A stretch of 64,000 nt of DNA, taken from a bacterium. Its GTDB lineage: Bacteria > RUG730. Below the pieces are notes generated by a model. It had not been told where the DNA came from. It searched no databases and saw nothing but the letters and a program-made list of their open reading frames with translations. The translations under genes and the position numbers were made by a program. This document shows positions 1-9,973 of this stretch, piece by piece (within the stretch, counting starts at the first letter, position 1; every line of letters starts with the position of its first letter). Where the stretch lies: positions 1 to 64,000 of the forward strand of contig JAVBNQ010000006.1 in assembly GCA_031551405.1 (NCBI GenBank), written 5' to 3'.

Positions 1-63
1 TTGGATAGCAAAGCTTCAAAAGATCTAATTACAGATTACAAAAACATGGCGTCAGCAGCCTAA
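1..63 (+). CDS. 3' end of an unidentified CDS running in from the left edge
   Basis: Frame 1 open from base 1 (LDSKASKDLITDYKNMASAA) to TAA at 61-63, followed by a strong terminator. Confidence 0.5.
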   Translation: MDSKASKDLITDYKNMASAA

Positions 64-93
64 GGATAGACAAAGATTATTTCGTGAGTTTAG

Positions 94-133
94 ATCGCCT
101 ACCGGTTGTAAAAGGCCGGTGGGCGATTTTTTT
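94..133 (+). terminator. Rho-independent terminator
   Basis: Stem ATCGCCTACCGG (94-105) / CCGGTGGGCGAT (116-127) followed by T-tract. Confidence 0.85.
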
Positions 134-336
134 ATGTAAATTTTTTGTGTTTTACTTAATGATGGTGATTTTTAAAAAAAATGCGAGTAATTTTTTGAGC
201 TAAAACCAAAAAAAAAAACAATAAAAATTTACAAAAAGTAGAATAAAAACTAAAAAAATTTGCGAGAATGAGAAAGTTTAAACAGGGTTTTAAAATTTAT
301 TATATGGAGACTCTTAAAAGTATACGAAAAATCTTT

Positions 337-555
337 AGGAAGGTGCGAAGTTTGCGGCGGGGGGGTTAAATGACATGCGATCTATGCTCGCAACTGTATG
401 AGCGAAACGGAGTGAAGCGAGTTTTGGACCTGCGGTCGGCATGCTTAACAGACTCAAGAAGTTTTTTGAAAACTCTGTTGGCGGAGCCTCTTTATATTGC
501 CCATCGTGCAACGACCCGCGCATGTGGAAAATGAAAATCTCATCGTGAGGGCTGA
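337..555. ncRNA. Putative structured non-coding RNA / cis-regulatory element (identity and strand uncertain)
   Basis: About 51% GC over 341-530 (hand count) between very AT-rich flanks, several complementary segments, no convincing ORF; see findings. Confidence 0.45.
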
Positions 556-736
556 AAAATAAAAAAGTTTTATAAACGCAAAAAACGAGAAATTTTGTTT
601 TTTTTGAGTTAAATTTTGAAAAATATTTTTTGAGAAATGAAACAATAAACTTTTCACCTTTATTTTTTTTCCGTTAACGACAGCGGTAAAGAGAGTTACT
701 TGTTTACATTTTTTATTTTGGCTAGCGCTGCTTTTA

Positions 737-764
737 TTGACAAAATCGCGAAAAAATATAAAAT
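737..764 (+). promoter_or_regulatory. Sigma70-type promoter for queH-hisS
   Basis: TTGACA (737-742), 16 bp, TAAAAT (759-764), just upstream of ATG 775. Confidence 0.6.
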
Positions 765-774
765 ATCGTTTTAT

Positions 775-1344
775 ATGGGAAAAATTTTAATACACGTTTG
801 TTGCGCGCCGTGTCTTGCTTATTTGCACTCGTATTTCCATGAAAAGTATGAAATTGTTTGTTATTTTTACAACCCGAACATCTCGCCATTTCAAGAATTC
901 CAAAAACGTAAAGACGCTTTAAAAATATTCTGCGAAAAAAATCATATAAATATAATTTTTGAAGAAAATTACGATTTTGAAAATTGGCTTGATTTTTTGT
1001 CAGAAATAAAAAGTTTTCCCGAATTGAAACAAGATAAAAAAAATCGTTGCGAAAAATGCTACGAAATTCGGCTTTTAAAAACGATTGAAAAAGCTAAGCA
1101 ATTGAATATAAAAATTTTTACAACTTCGCTTTTGTACAGTATTTACCAAGATAATGAGGGAATAAAAAAACTTGGAGAAAAGTTGGCTGAGAACAGTACA
1201 CTCGATTTTTACTACAAAGATTTTCGTGAAAATTGGAAAGAAGGTTGTGAAATTTATAAAAATACCGGACTTTACAGGCAAAATTATTGCGGCTGCATTT
1301 TTAGTGAACACGAGCGTTTTGGCAAAAAATTAATCCGGAAATGA
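775..1344 (+). CDS. queH: Epoxyqueuosine reductase QueH (DUF208, cobalamin-independent)
   Basis: HVCCAPC, FYNPNI, RCEKCYEIRL, YRQNYCGCIFS motifs; start moved to ATG 775 because the upstream TTG extension overlaps the promoter. Confidence 0.9.
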   Translation: MGKILIHVCCAPCLAYLHSYFHEKYEIVCYFYNPNISPFQEFQKRKDALKIFCEKNHINIIFEENYDFENWLDFLSEIKSFPELKQDKKNRCEKCYEIRLLKTIEKAKQLNIKIFTTSLLYSIYQDNEGIKKLGEKLAENSTLDFYYKDFRENWKEGCEIYKNTGLYRQNYCGCIFSEHERFGKKLIRK

Positions 1345-1356
1345 GAGGGAAACTTA

Positions 1357-2607
1357 ATGATAAAATATAAAGCTGTGCGTGGAACTCGCGATATTTTTGG
1401 CGAGCTTGCGAATAAGTTTGAATTTTTGGAGAAGGCAGCAAAACAAGTATTCAAAAGTTTTGGATTTGAGGAGATGAGGACGCCGATTTTTGAAACCGGC
1501 GAAATTTTCACTCGAAGTCTCGGTGAAAACAGCGATATTGTTTCCAAGGAAATGTATTTGTTCAAGGATAAGGGAGACAGACTTTTGTCTCTTCGGCCTG
1601 AGGGAACTGCGCCTGTGGTTCGGGCTTGCGTTGAGAATAATCTCTTGCAAAGCGGCATTGATAAAAAGTTTTTTTATATCGGGCAAATGTTTAGGTATGA
1701 TCGCCCTCAAGCTGGAAGATACAGGCAATTTCATCAAATTGGCGCTGAATTTTTTGGCGCAAAAAATCCGTTTATCGACTCAGAAATTATTTCTGTTGCA
1801 ATGAAAATCATTGAAAAAATAAACGTTAAAGAAACTAAACTTTTCATTAATTCCGTCGGATGCAATAATTGCCGAACAAAATATTCGGAGATTTTGAGTG
1901 AATATTTGCATAAAAATTCAGATATTTTGTGCGAAACTTGCGTCGAGAGAAAAAATAAAAATATTTTACGTATCTTTGACTGTAAAATCGAAAATTGTAA
2001 AAATTTACTAAAAAATGCGCCAAAAATTTTGGATTTTGTTTGTGACGATTGTAAAAAAGATTTTGAGCTTTTACAAAAATATTTGACTGTTCAAAAAATA
2101 GAGTTTGAAGTCGATAAATCGCTCGTTCGAGGTTTGGATTATTACACTGGTATGGTTTTCGAAATCAAGACGACAAAGCTCGGTTCTCAAGACGCGATAG
2201 CAGCCGGTGGGAGATATGACAATTTAGTCAGAGAATTTAGCGGCGAGGACATTCCTGCCGTCGGTTTTGCGATTGGAGAGGATAGAATTGCAGAACTTCT
2301 CGAGGAAAGAAATTTTTGCGATAAGAAAAGCGTATTTTTTGTGACGACAGATGCAAATAAAAACGCTGAACAAATTTTGGCGAATTATGACATTATCCAA
2401 ATGCTTCGAGAGAAAAATTTTAGCGTTTTTTATAATGGCGAGTCAAAAAGCATAAAATCGCAAATGCGGACTGCGAACCATTTGCAAGCGGAACTGGTTA
2501 TTTTTATCGAGGAAAACGGCAGTTTTAGTATAAAAAATATGACGTCCGGCGAGCAGAAAATTGTGACAAAAGAAGAGTTTTTGAAGGAATTTTTTGTTGA
2601 GTCATGA
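1357..2607 (+). CDS. hisS: Histidine--tRNA ligase
   Basis: RGTRD, LRPEGTA, FRYDRPQAGRYRQFHQ, RGLDYY, GGRYD motifs. Confidence 0.97.
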   Translation: MIKYKAVRGTRDIFGELANKFEFLEKAAKQVFKSFGFEEMRTPIFETGEIFTRSLGENSDIVSKEMYLFKDKGDRLLSLRPEGTAPVVRACVENNLLQSGIDKKFFYIGQMFRYDRPQAGRYRQFHQIGAEFFGAKNPFIDSEIISVAMKIIEKINVKETKLFINSVGCNNCRTKYSEILSEYLHKNSDILCETCVERKNKNILRIFDCKIENCKNLLKNAPKILDFVCDDCKKDFELLQKYLTVQKIEFEVDKSLVRGLDYYTGMVFEIKTTKLGSQDAIAAGGRYDNLVREFSGEDIPAVGFAIGEDRIAELLEERNFCDKKSVFFVTTDANKNAEQILANYDIIQMLREKNFSVFYNGESKSIKSQMRTANHLQAELVIFIEENGSFSIKNMTSGEQKIVTKEEFLKEFFVES

Positions 2608-2666
2608 ACAAGATATAAACAATTTGACAAGACGAAAAAAATTAAGTATATAATACAAATATTTTT

Positions 2667-2750
2667 GGATAGGTGGCCGAGTGGCTAAAGGCAACAGACT
2701 GTAAATCTGTCGAACTATGTTCTACGAAGGTTCGAATCCTTCCCTATCCA
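2667..2750 (+). tRNA. tRNA-Tyr (GTA)
   Basis: Acceptor GGATAGG/CCTATCC, anticodon arm ACAGA-CTGTAAA-TCTGT, long variable arm, GGTTCGAATCC; CCA not encoded. Confidence 0.96.
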
Positions 2751-2761
2751 GATTTTTAATT

Positions 2762-2790
2762 TTGACAATTTTTGTTTTTTTTAATAAAAT
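2762..2790 (+). promoter_or_regulatory. Sigma70-type promoter for tRNA-Gly
   Basis: TTGACA-17 bp-TAAAAT. Confidence 0.65.
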
Positions 2791-2806
2791 CGTTTTCAAA
2801 TTTTTT

Positions 2807-2877
2807 GCGGGTGTAGCTTAGTGGTAAAGTCCTAGCCTTCCAAGCTAGTTAGGCGGGTTCGATTCCCGCCACCCGCT
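2807..2877 (+). tRNA. tRNA-Gly (TCC)
   Basis: Acceptor GCGGGTG/CACCCGC, anticodon arm CTAGC-CTTCCAA-GCTAG, GGTTCGATTCC. Confidence 0.95.
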
Positions 2878-2910
2878 ATTTTTTTATAATTTTTGTCTCG
2901 ATGAAAGTTC

Positions 2911-2946
2911 AAAGCTCGTCGGTTAATTCCGTCGGGCTTTTTTTAT
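2911..2946 (+). terminator. Rho-independent terminator after tRNA-Tyr/Gly
   Basis: AAAGCTCGTCGG-TTAATT-CCGTCGGGCTTT then T-tract. Confidence 0.75.
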
Positions 2947-3089
2947 TTTTAGTTTGCTATAATGTCCTGAAAATCTAGACAAAAATGTTGTAAAAATAGC
3001 GAAAAATAAATGAATTATTTAATGTAAAAAACATGTAAAATTTTGTATAATTGTTAAGTTTTTTTTATTTTCGATAAGGAGTTTTTCGA

Positions 3090-4370
3090 ATGAAACAAAC
3101 CGTAGCAATGCTTCTCGCAGGCGGACAAGGAAGTAGGCTTAATATTTTGGCAAGTCATCGAGCAAAACCCGCAGTTCCGTTCGCCGGAATTTATAGGATT
3201 ATCGACATAACTCTTAGTAATATCATGAACAGCTACATTGATAACGTCGGAATTCTTACGCAATACAAACCTTCGTCACTGATAGACCATATCCAGACCG
3301 GCGAGAGTTGGGGTTTGTACGGAAAAAATCGTAGCGCAATAATTTTGCCGCCGTATACAGGAGATTCGGATTCGTCGTGGTATGCCGGAACTGCTGACGC
3401 AATTTATCAGAATTTGAGTTTTATAAACAAGTTTGAAAATATGACGAGAGTCTTAATCTTGTCGGGTGATCATATTTATAAAATGGATTATTCGAAACTC
3501 ATTGAATTTCACAAATCCAAAGATGCCGACGTCACAGTAGTTTCTATGGAAGTTCCTATCGAGGAGGCGTCTAGATTCGGAACGATTATAGTCGATAAAT
3601 CCGATAGAATCATAGAGTTTGAAGAAAAACCAAAAAATCCAAGAAGTAATCTTGTTTCCCTCGGAATTTACGTTTTTAATAAGGAAGTTTTGATAAAAGA
3701 ATTGAAAAAAGATTCTGTCAAAGAAAACTCTCATCATGATTTTGGGAAAGATATTTTGCCAGGAAATCTCGATAAAAAAATGTATATCTATAGATTTGAC
3801 GATTACTGGAAAGACGTCGGAACTATCGACGCGTACTGGGAAACTAGTATGGATTTACTTTCGGAAAATAACAAGATGCATTTGGACGATTGGAAAATCA
3901 CGACGAATTTTAACTGTTTAATCGTTGCAGACAGAAATCCGGCTTATGTTTCTAGCGAAGGAAATGTTAAAAATTCGTTGATCTCGGAAGGCTGCAAAAT
4001 AGATGGAGAAATTGAAAATTCAATACTTTCACCGGGCGTGCGAGTCAAAAAAGGCGCAAAAATAAAAGATTCGATTGTTTTTCATGATACGACTATAGAT
4101 GAGGGCGCAAAAATAGATCGATGTATAATTGATAAAAACGTTCATGTCGGAAAGAGTTGCGTAATTGGCTGCGGCGATTTTCCGGGTGTAAAAAACGAAG
4201 TTTATCCGACGCATCTTTTTAGTGGGATCACAGTCATTGGGAAATCTGCTGAAATTCCTGACGGAATTAGTATCGGAAGAAATTGCATAATTGCTTCTGA
4301 AGTAAAAAAACATACTTTTGCTTCAAAAGGTTATCCCGATGGAAAATTCATAGCAAAAAATTTAGGTTAG
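3090..4370 (+). CDS. glgC: Glucose-1-phosphate adenylyltransferase
   Basis: LAGGQGSRL, RAKPAVPF, WYAGTADA, LSGDHIY, YWKDVGT and C-terminal hexapeptide repeats. Confidence 0.93.
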   Translation: MKQTVAMLLAGGQGSRLNILASHRAKPAVPFAGIYRIIDITLSNIMNSYIDNVGILTQYKPSSLIDHIQTGESWGLYGKNRSAIILPPYTGDSDSSWYAGTADAIYQNLSFINKFENMTRVLILSGDHIYKMDYSKLIEFHKSKDADVTVVSMEVPIEEASRFGTIIVDKSDRIIEFEEKPKNPRSNLVSLGIYVFNKEVLIKELKKDSVKENSHHDFGKDILPGNLDKKMYIYRFDDYWKDVGTIDAYWETSMDLLSENNKMHLDDWKITTNFNCLIVADRNPAYVSSEGNVKNSLISEGCKIDGEIENSILSPGVRVKKGAKIKDSIVFHDTTIDEGAKIDRCIIDKNVHVGKSCVIGCGDFPGVKNEVYPTHLFSGITVIGKSAEIPDGISIGRNCIIASEVKKHTFASKGYPDGKFIAKNLG

Positions 4371-4385
4371 ATTTTTTAACAAAAT

Positions 4386-5822
4386 ATGAGTATTGAAAAG
4401 ATTACCGAGAAATTAGAGAATATTTTGGTCCAAAATTTTGGATTTTGTATCAGGGAAAAAGGGGCTTTAACCAAAATTTTAGTAGCAGTCTCCGGTGGTT
4501 CTGACTCTATATTTTTGCTTTTTATGCTCTACTTTTTAAAACAAAAGTTTAATTTTGAAATTTTTGCGGTTCATATAAATCATAATTTGCGAGGGAAAGA
4601 ATCAGAAGCAGACGAAGCTTTTGTGAAAAATTTTTGCAAAAATCTAAAAATAAAATGTTTTGTCGAGGAAACGTATTTTGAATCTAAAACCGGAATTGAG
4701 GAAAAAGCTAGAAATTTTCGATATAAAATTTTCGAAAAAATTTGCGTTGAAAATAAGATAGAATTTTGTTTTTTGGCGCATAACGCTGACGACGATGTGG
4801 AAACCGTTTTGATGAACATCCTTCGAGGAACCGGGCTGAGCGGACTTTCGGGCATACCGGAATCGCGTTTTTTGGACGCACGCAAAAGGGTGCAGATTGT
4901 TCGACCACTTTTGACGTTTTTTAAGTCAGATATCGAGAGATTTTTGGTGCAAAATAAGATCAAATTTCGGCTGGACTCATCAAATTTGTCGAAAAAATTC
5001 ACGAGGAATAAATTTAGACTTGACTTGATTCCTAGCCTCGAAAAATATAACAAAAATTTCAAACAAAATATTTTAAATTTAAAAAATATTGCTTTGTCAT
5101 CGGATTTTTTTATTAATTTTAGTATTGCAAAAAATTTTTCAAAATGTTTTATTTTATCAAAAAATACTGAAATCGCGCTAAATCTAGATGAATATTTTAA
5201 GTATGAAAGGCTAGTTAGGTTAAATATTTTAGCATTTTTTGCTAGGGGAAAAGCGGATTTTAAACATTTATCGAAACTTTTTGAACTAATCGAAGGCAGA
5301 AAAAATTTTAAATTTCATTTGAAATCAAATCATTTTGTGACGAGACAAAATAAAGTTTTAAAGCTTGAAAAAAAAGGAAATGTTGAGGATAAAGAGCAGA
5401 TAAATTTAAAAAAATTTAATGAACTTTTGAAAAACAAAAAATCAGGAAAAATTGACGATTTTTTTCTCGAGATAGAAATTTTTGATGTGAGTCTGCTCAA
5501 AAAAAACGAAATTTGTACGAATAAAAACTGTATTTTTTTGGATTTTGAATTGGTAAAATCTGAAAATTTAAATTTTCGTTTTCGTAAAGCCGGTGACAAA
5601 TTCAAGCCGCTCGGAATGCAAAACTACAAAAAATTAAATCGATTTTTTATTGACGAGAAAATAGATGTGGCAAAGAGAAACGATTTTCTTTTGCTGTCTA
5701 CAGAAAAAGAAATCGTATGGGTTGTCGGAGTGAGAACCAGCGAAACTTTCAAGGTTTCCGATACAACGCGAAAAGTGATGAAAATTTGCGTTGAGATAAA
5801 AAACAAAATTTTTGTATGTTAA
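4386..5822 (+). CDS. tilS: tRNA(Ile)-lysidine synthetase
   Basis: AVSGGSDS PP-loop, HINHNLR, ARNFRY, AHNADD, RNKFR, C-terminal TilS_C domain. Confidence 0.93.
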   Translation: MSIEKITEKLENILVQNFGFCIREKGALTKILVAVSGGSDSIFLLFMLYFLKQKFNFEIFAVHINHNLRGKESEADEAFVKNFCKNLKIKCFVEETYFESKTGIEEKARNFRYKIFEKICVENKIEFCFLAHNADDDVETVLMNILRGTGLSGLSGIPESRFLDARKRVQIVRPLLTFFKSDIERFLVQNKIKFRLDSSNLSKKFTRNKFRLDLIPSLEKYNKNFKQNILNLKNIALSSDFFINFSIAKNFSKCFILSKNTEIALNLDEYFKYERLVRLNILAFFARGKADFKHLSKLFELIEGRKNFKFHLKSNHFVTRQNKVLKLEKKGNVEDKEQINLKKFNELLKNKKSGKIDDFFLEIEIFDVSLLKKNEICTNKNCIFLDFELVKSENLNFRFRKAGDKFKPLGMQNYKKLNRFFIDEKIDVAKRNDFLLLSTEKEIVWVVGVRTSETFKVSDTTRKVMKICVEIKNKIFVC

Positions 5823-5869
5823 CTTTTCATTCGCGTCACTTTTTCCCAAAAAATTTTCAGGATTAACAA

Positions 5870-8800
5870 ATGCAAGCTCAAATCCAAAATATTTTCGACC
5901 CGTTTTTTAAAGAATACTCGAGTCAAAGCCACAGAATTTCCGGCCTCAGCAACACTTCGATAAGTCTTCTGGCAGCTTCAGCATTAAAAAATACGCAAAA
6001 ATCAATTCTATATATTTTAGATGACACGATAAATTCGCGTTTTGTCGAGTACGAAATCGCGTTTTTCTTGAGTTTTTTAAATTTTCGGGAAAAGGTTGAA
6101 GTTTTAAAATTACCGTCTAAAAACTCATTTGAAAGACCAAAATTTTTCGAAAATTTATTGTTCAATAAAAACCAAAAAATTATACTCATAAACAACTCGA
6201 GTCTCCTTGAAAATACGATTTCAAAGTTAAAAATTAACAAAGAAGTTTTTGAGTTAAAAACCGGCGAGATTTTTAAGAGGCAGGAATTGACGCAAAAACT
6301 TGTCAGCTTTGGTTTTTCGAATCAAGACGAGGTATACGAAAAAACTGATTTTAGCGTGAGAGGAGAAATTTTGGATTTATGGCCTGCAGATTTGGAAACG
6401 CCTGTTCGAATTATTTTTGACGATAACGAGATAGAGGCAATTTACGAGTTTGATATCTTGACGCAGCGTAGAAGTAAAAAAATTGAGAGCCTTATTATTC
6501 GGAATTTTTCTGACGACAGCGACACAAAAATTATTGATTATTTTTCTCGGGAAGATTTTTTGCTGATTTATAATCAGAATTATACGAATAACACGAAGCA
6601 TTTGTTGCAGGATTTTGAATCGATTCAGCTCGAGTCTTTTGTATACGAAAAAGACAGAATTTTTAACATGCAAATTCAGCCAACCTACAACTTGAAAGGA
6701 ATGCAAAACCTCCTCTACAAACAGCTTGAAGAACTCAAAAACGAAAATTTTCAAATCAACATAGTTTTGTACAAAAATCACGAGATAGACTCTCTAAGAA
6801 ATCTTATTTCTGAAAAATTGAAAAATTTGAAAATCGATTTTTATTCCGGAATTTTGCGCGAGGGATTTATATCGAGAAAAAATAAAGTCGCGATTTTGAC
6901 TGAACGAGATATTTTTGACAGAGATTATTTAGAAGCTGAATCCGACCAAAAAATTGAAAATTTTGACGTTTTTAAAGACAATTTTTTCGACTACAAAATT
7001 GGCGATTACGTGGTTCACAATAATTTTGGAATTGGCAAATTTTTGGGATTCAACAAAGTTCAAACTCTCGATAGAACTTCTGAGTACATCACTCTCGAAT
7101 ATCAGAATAACGATAAATTATACGTACCGATTTATGATTTCAATCTCGTGCACAAATACTCGAACGAAGAAGCAGAATACAAGCCAATTCTTGACACATT
7201 GGATAGCGTGACTTGGGAAAAAACGCGTCGCAAAATTGAGGAAAAGATTTTTGAGCTTGCGAACGAAATCATAGCAATTCAAGCCAAACGAAAGACGATA
7301 AAAGGTATCAACTTCGAGGCAAATCCGGCGTATGAGGAAGAATTTAGAGCGACATTTCCGTTTGATGAGACGATTGATCAGAAAAATGCGATTATAGACG
7401 TTTTAGAAGATATGGAGGGAGAGACGCCGATGGAACGCTTGGTTTGTGGTGACGTTGGCTATGGTAAAACCGAAGTTGCCATTCGAGCAGCTTTCAGAGC
7501 TTGCGTTAACTCAAAACAAGTGGCGTTGGTAGCTCCGACGACAATTCTTGCGAGACAGCATTTTAGTAGCTTCACGAAAAGATTCGCGAATTCCCCGATA
7601 AAAATAGTGATGCTTTCGCGGTTTTGTTCTGGCAAAGAATTGAAAGAAAACAAAAAATTGATTCAAGATGGCAAAGCGGATATTGTGATATCGACGCACT
7701 CGGTTTTGCGAAGTAACATAAAATTTAAAAATTTGGGTCTTGTGATAATTGACGAGGAACACAGATTCGGAGTAAAAGATAAGGAAAAATTAAAACGTCT
7801 CGAGGAAAATATCGATCTTTTGTTTTTGAGCGCAACTCCAATTCCTCGAACTTTGTCGATGGCTTTAAATGGTGTCAAGGATATCTCGCTAATCGAAACG
7901 CCGCCTCCGAATAGAAAGGAAATTTCGACACAAATCGCGCAATACGACAAAATTATCGTGAAAGAAGCAATAAATTTTGAGCTTGCTCGCGGTGGACAGG
8001 TTTTTTATATCTACAATCGAATCGAAGATATCGAACAGAAAAAAATAGAAATACAAAAACTAGCGCCGAATGCAAAAATTGCGGTGGCTCATGCGAATCT
8101 CAGCAATAGCGATCTCGATGAGATAATGACGAATTTTGTAAACAGAGATTACGATATTTTACTGGCAACGACGATTGTTGAGTCCGGCTTGGATATTCCG
8201 TCCGTAAATATGATGATTATTGATGGAGCCGAGAGAATGGGCTTGGCTCAGCTTTATCAATTGCGAGGTAGAGTTGGTCGTGGCTACGAGAAGGCGTTTT
8301 GCTACATGCTTTACCCGAATGACATCAATCTCAATTCTAATGCTGTAAAACGTCTAGAAGCAATTCAGAATTTCCAAGGTTTTGGAGCAGGATTCAAACT
8401 CGCGATGAGGGATCTCGAGATACGCGGTGCCGGCAATATACTCGGGAAAAAGCAACACGGCTATATCAAAGAGGTGGGTTTCGAACTTTACATGGATATG
8501 CTGAATCGGGCTTTGAATAAAGCAAATTCTGGAAGTCATGACGATATCAACGCTGAAATTAATTTGAACATCAACGCTTATATTCCGGATCAATATATTT
8601 CGAATCCGGCGATAAGACTCTATTTTTACAAAAAGCTGTTAAATATTACGGATTATTCGGAAATTGAGGAAATCGAAAATGAGTTTCTTGATAGATTTGG
8701 GAAATTGCCTCCGGTCTTAAAAAATTTTATAGAGCTTTCGGAAATCAGGATTTTTGCGAAAAAGCTAAATATTTTGGCAATTAATGAGATTAAAAATAAA

Positions 8801-8986
8801 ATAAAAATCGATTTTGCGAATAACCAAAATATCGACGTGAATAAAATTTTAGACTTGGCGCAAACTTACAAAAATTTTATAAGATTTAGCTCAAATAATT
8901 TTAATACGATAGATCTTTGTAATTTGCCAGATAATAAATCAGAGAAAATTAATTTGTTAAAAAAAATCTTGCAAGGATTTTTTTAA
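5870..8986 (+). CDS. mfd: Transcription-repair coupling factor
   Basis: FSVRGEILD, CarD-like GDYVVH, GDVGYGKT, DEEHRFG, SATPIPRT, QLRGRVGR, RDLEIRGAG, TRCF domain. Confidence 0.95.
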   Translation: MQAQIQNIFDPFFKEYSSQSHRISGLSNTSISLLAASALKNTQKSILYILDDTINSRFVEYEIAFFLSFLNFREKVEVLKLPSKNSFERPKFFENLLFNKNQKIILINNSSLLENTISKLKINKEVFELKTGEIFKRQELTQKLVSFGFSNQDEVYEKTDFSVRGEILDLWPADLETPVRIIFDDNEIEAIYEFDILTQRRSKKIESLIIRNFSDDSDTKIIDYFSREDFLLIYNQNYTNNTKHLLQDFESIQLESFVYEKDRIFNMQIQPTYNLKGMQNLLYKQLEELKNENFQINIVLYKNHEIDSLRNLISEKLKNLKIDFYSGILREGFISRKNKVAILTERDIFDRDYLEAESDQKIENFDVFKDNFFDYKIGDYVVHNNFGIGKFLGFNKVQTLDRTSEYITLEYQNNDKLYVPIYDFNLVHKYSNEEAEYKPILDTLDSVTWEKTRRKIEEKIFELANEIIAIQAKRKTIKGINFEANPAYEEEFRATFPFDETIDQKNAIIDVLEDMEGETPMERLVCGDVGYGKTEVAIRAAFRACVNSKQVALVAPTTILARQHFSSFTKRFANSPIKIVMLSRFCSGKELKENKKLIQDGKADIVISTHSVLRSNIKFKNLGLVIIDEEHRFGVKDKEKLKRLEENIDLLFLSATPIPRTLSMALNGVKDISLIETPPPNRKEISTQIAQYDKIIVKEAINFELARGGQVFYIYNRIEDIEQKKIEIQKLAPNAKIAVAHANLSNSDLDEIMTNFVNRDYDILLATTIVESGLDIPSVNMMIIDGAERMGLAQLYQLRGRVGRGYEKAFCYMLYPNDINLNSNAVKRLEAIQNFQGFGAGFKLAMRDLEIRGAGNILGKKQHGYIKEVGFELYMDMLNRALNKANSGSHDDINAEINLNINAYIPDQYISNPAIRLYFYKKLLNITDYSEIEEIENEFLDRFGKLPPVLKNFIELSEIRIFAKKLNILAINEIKNKIKIDFANNQNIDVNKILDLAQTYKNFIRFSSNNFNTIDLCNLPDNKSEKINLLKKILQGFF

Positions 8987-8997
8987 TTAGTTATAAT
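8969..8997 (+). promoter_or_regulatory. Sigma70-type promoter for the two PPIase genes
   Basis: TTGCAA-17 bp-TATAAT. Confidence 0.6.
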
Positions 8998-9113
8998 CCT
9001 CCTCAAATAAAGTTTTTTGGCGTTTTTTATCTTACTTACGCTGTGTGCTTTCTGTTGCTACACAGTAGTTTAAATGTATAAGTTTTGAATTTTTTTAAAA
9101 AAGGAGTTGATCA

Positions 9114-9962
9114 ATGAAAAATTTGAGAGTTTCTAGTTATCTAATTATTGCCACATTACTGTTTTCCGTTGGTTGTAAAAAACAAAAAGATGTAGTTATT
9201 TCCGCGGGAAATGAAACTGTTTCAAAACAAGATTTCCAAAATCGTCTTACAGAAGCTGCAAATTATTACGACAGAAGTTTTGTTGAGACTGAGCAGGGGA
9301 AAAATCAAATTGCAGACGGAATGATGAAAGAAGCCGTAATGCTCGAGATAGCAAAAAAACGAGGGTATGATAAAAAAGAAGATTATGTTGCAAAATTAAA
9401 AAATTTTGAAAGACAGACCTTAATTGCTGATTTGATAAAAGATTTAAGAGAAAATGGCGATCTTAAAATGACTGAAGAAGACGTGAGAAAAATGTATGAT
9501 ACAGACAAAGCATACTACGATAGCCCAAAAGAAGTGAAAGTAGCGCATATTTTGGTTTCTGATAAGGCTGTTGCCGATAATCTTTTGCAACAATTAAAGG
9601 CTGGGGCTGATTTCGCAGTTTTAGCGAGTAGTAATTCTTTAGATAGATCTTCTGCAGCAAATGGCGGAGAATTGAACTGGTTCGCAAAAGGAGATATGGT
9701 GCCTGTCTTCGAACACGCAGCTTTTGAATTGAAAGAATTAGGCGCAACTTCTGACGTAATAAAATCTGATTTTGGTTATCATATCATAAAAAAATTGGGT
9801 GAGAGAGTTGGCTCTCCAATTACATTTGACGCAGTAAAAGCAAAACTCGCAAGAATATTGGAAAAAGAAAAATTTGACACTTGGTTTGAGTCAGAAAAAA
9901 ATAAAATTAACGTAAAAATTAACAAACCAATGATCGATTCAGTAAAAATAGAAAATAAATAA
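9114..9962 (+). CDS. Parvulin-type peptidyl-prolyl isomerase lipoprotein (PrsA/PpiC-like)
   Basis: Lipobox FSVGC, AHILV, SLD..SAANGGEL, MVPVFEHAAF, FGYHII; SD AAGGAG. Confidence 0.88.
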   Translation: MKNLRVSSYLIIATLLFSVGCKKQKDVVISAGNETVSKQDFQNRLTEAANYYDRSFVETEQGKNQIADGMMKEAVMLEIAKKRGYDKKEDYVAKLKNFERQTLIADLIKDLRENGDLKMTEEDVRKMYDTDKAYYDSPKEVKVAHILVSDKAVADNLLQQLKAGADFAVLASSNSLDRSSAANGGELNWFAKGDMVPVFEHAAFELKELGATSDVIKSDFGYHIIKKLGERVGSPITFDAVKAKLARILEKEKFDTWFESEKNKINVKINKPMIDSVKIENK

Positions 9963-9973
9963 GGAAGGAAAAT

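Noticed and set aside
335-657. Minus-strand ORFs 335..523 and 454..657
   Set aside because: No SD, no recognisable motif, composition unlike real genes here; the first overlaps the structured GC-rich island, the second is translated poly-A/T
136-700. Replication origin in the long AT-rich gap
   Set aside because: Only one near-DnaA box (TGTGGAAAA at about 523-531), no box cluster and no dnaA/dnaN/gidA context visible
540-774. preQ1 riboswitch upstream of queH
   Set aside because: No GGTTC-loop hairpin followed by the AAAAAACTA tail found
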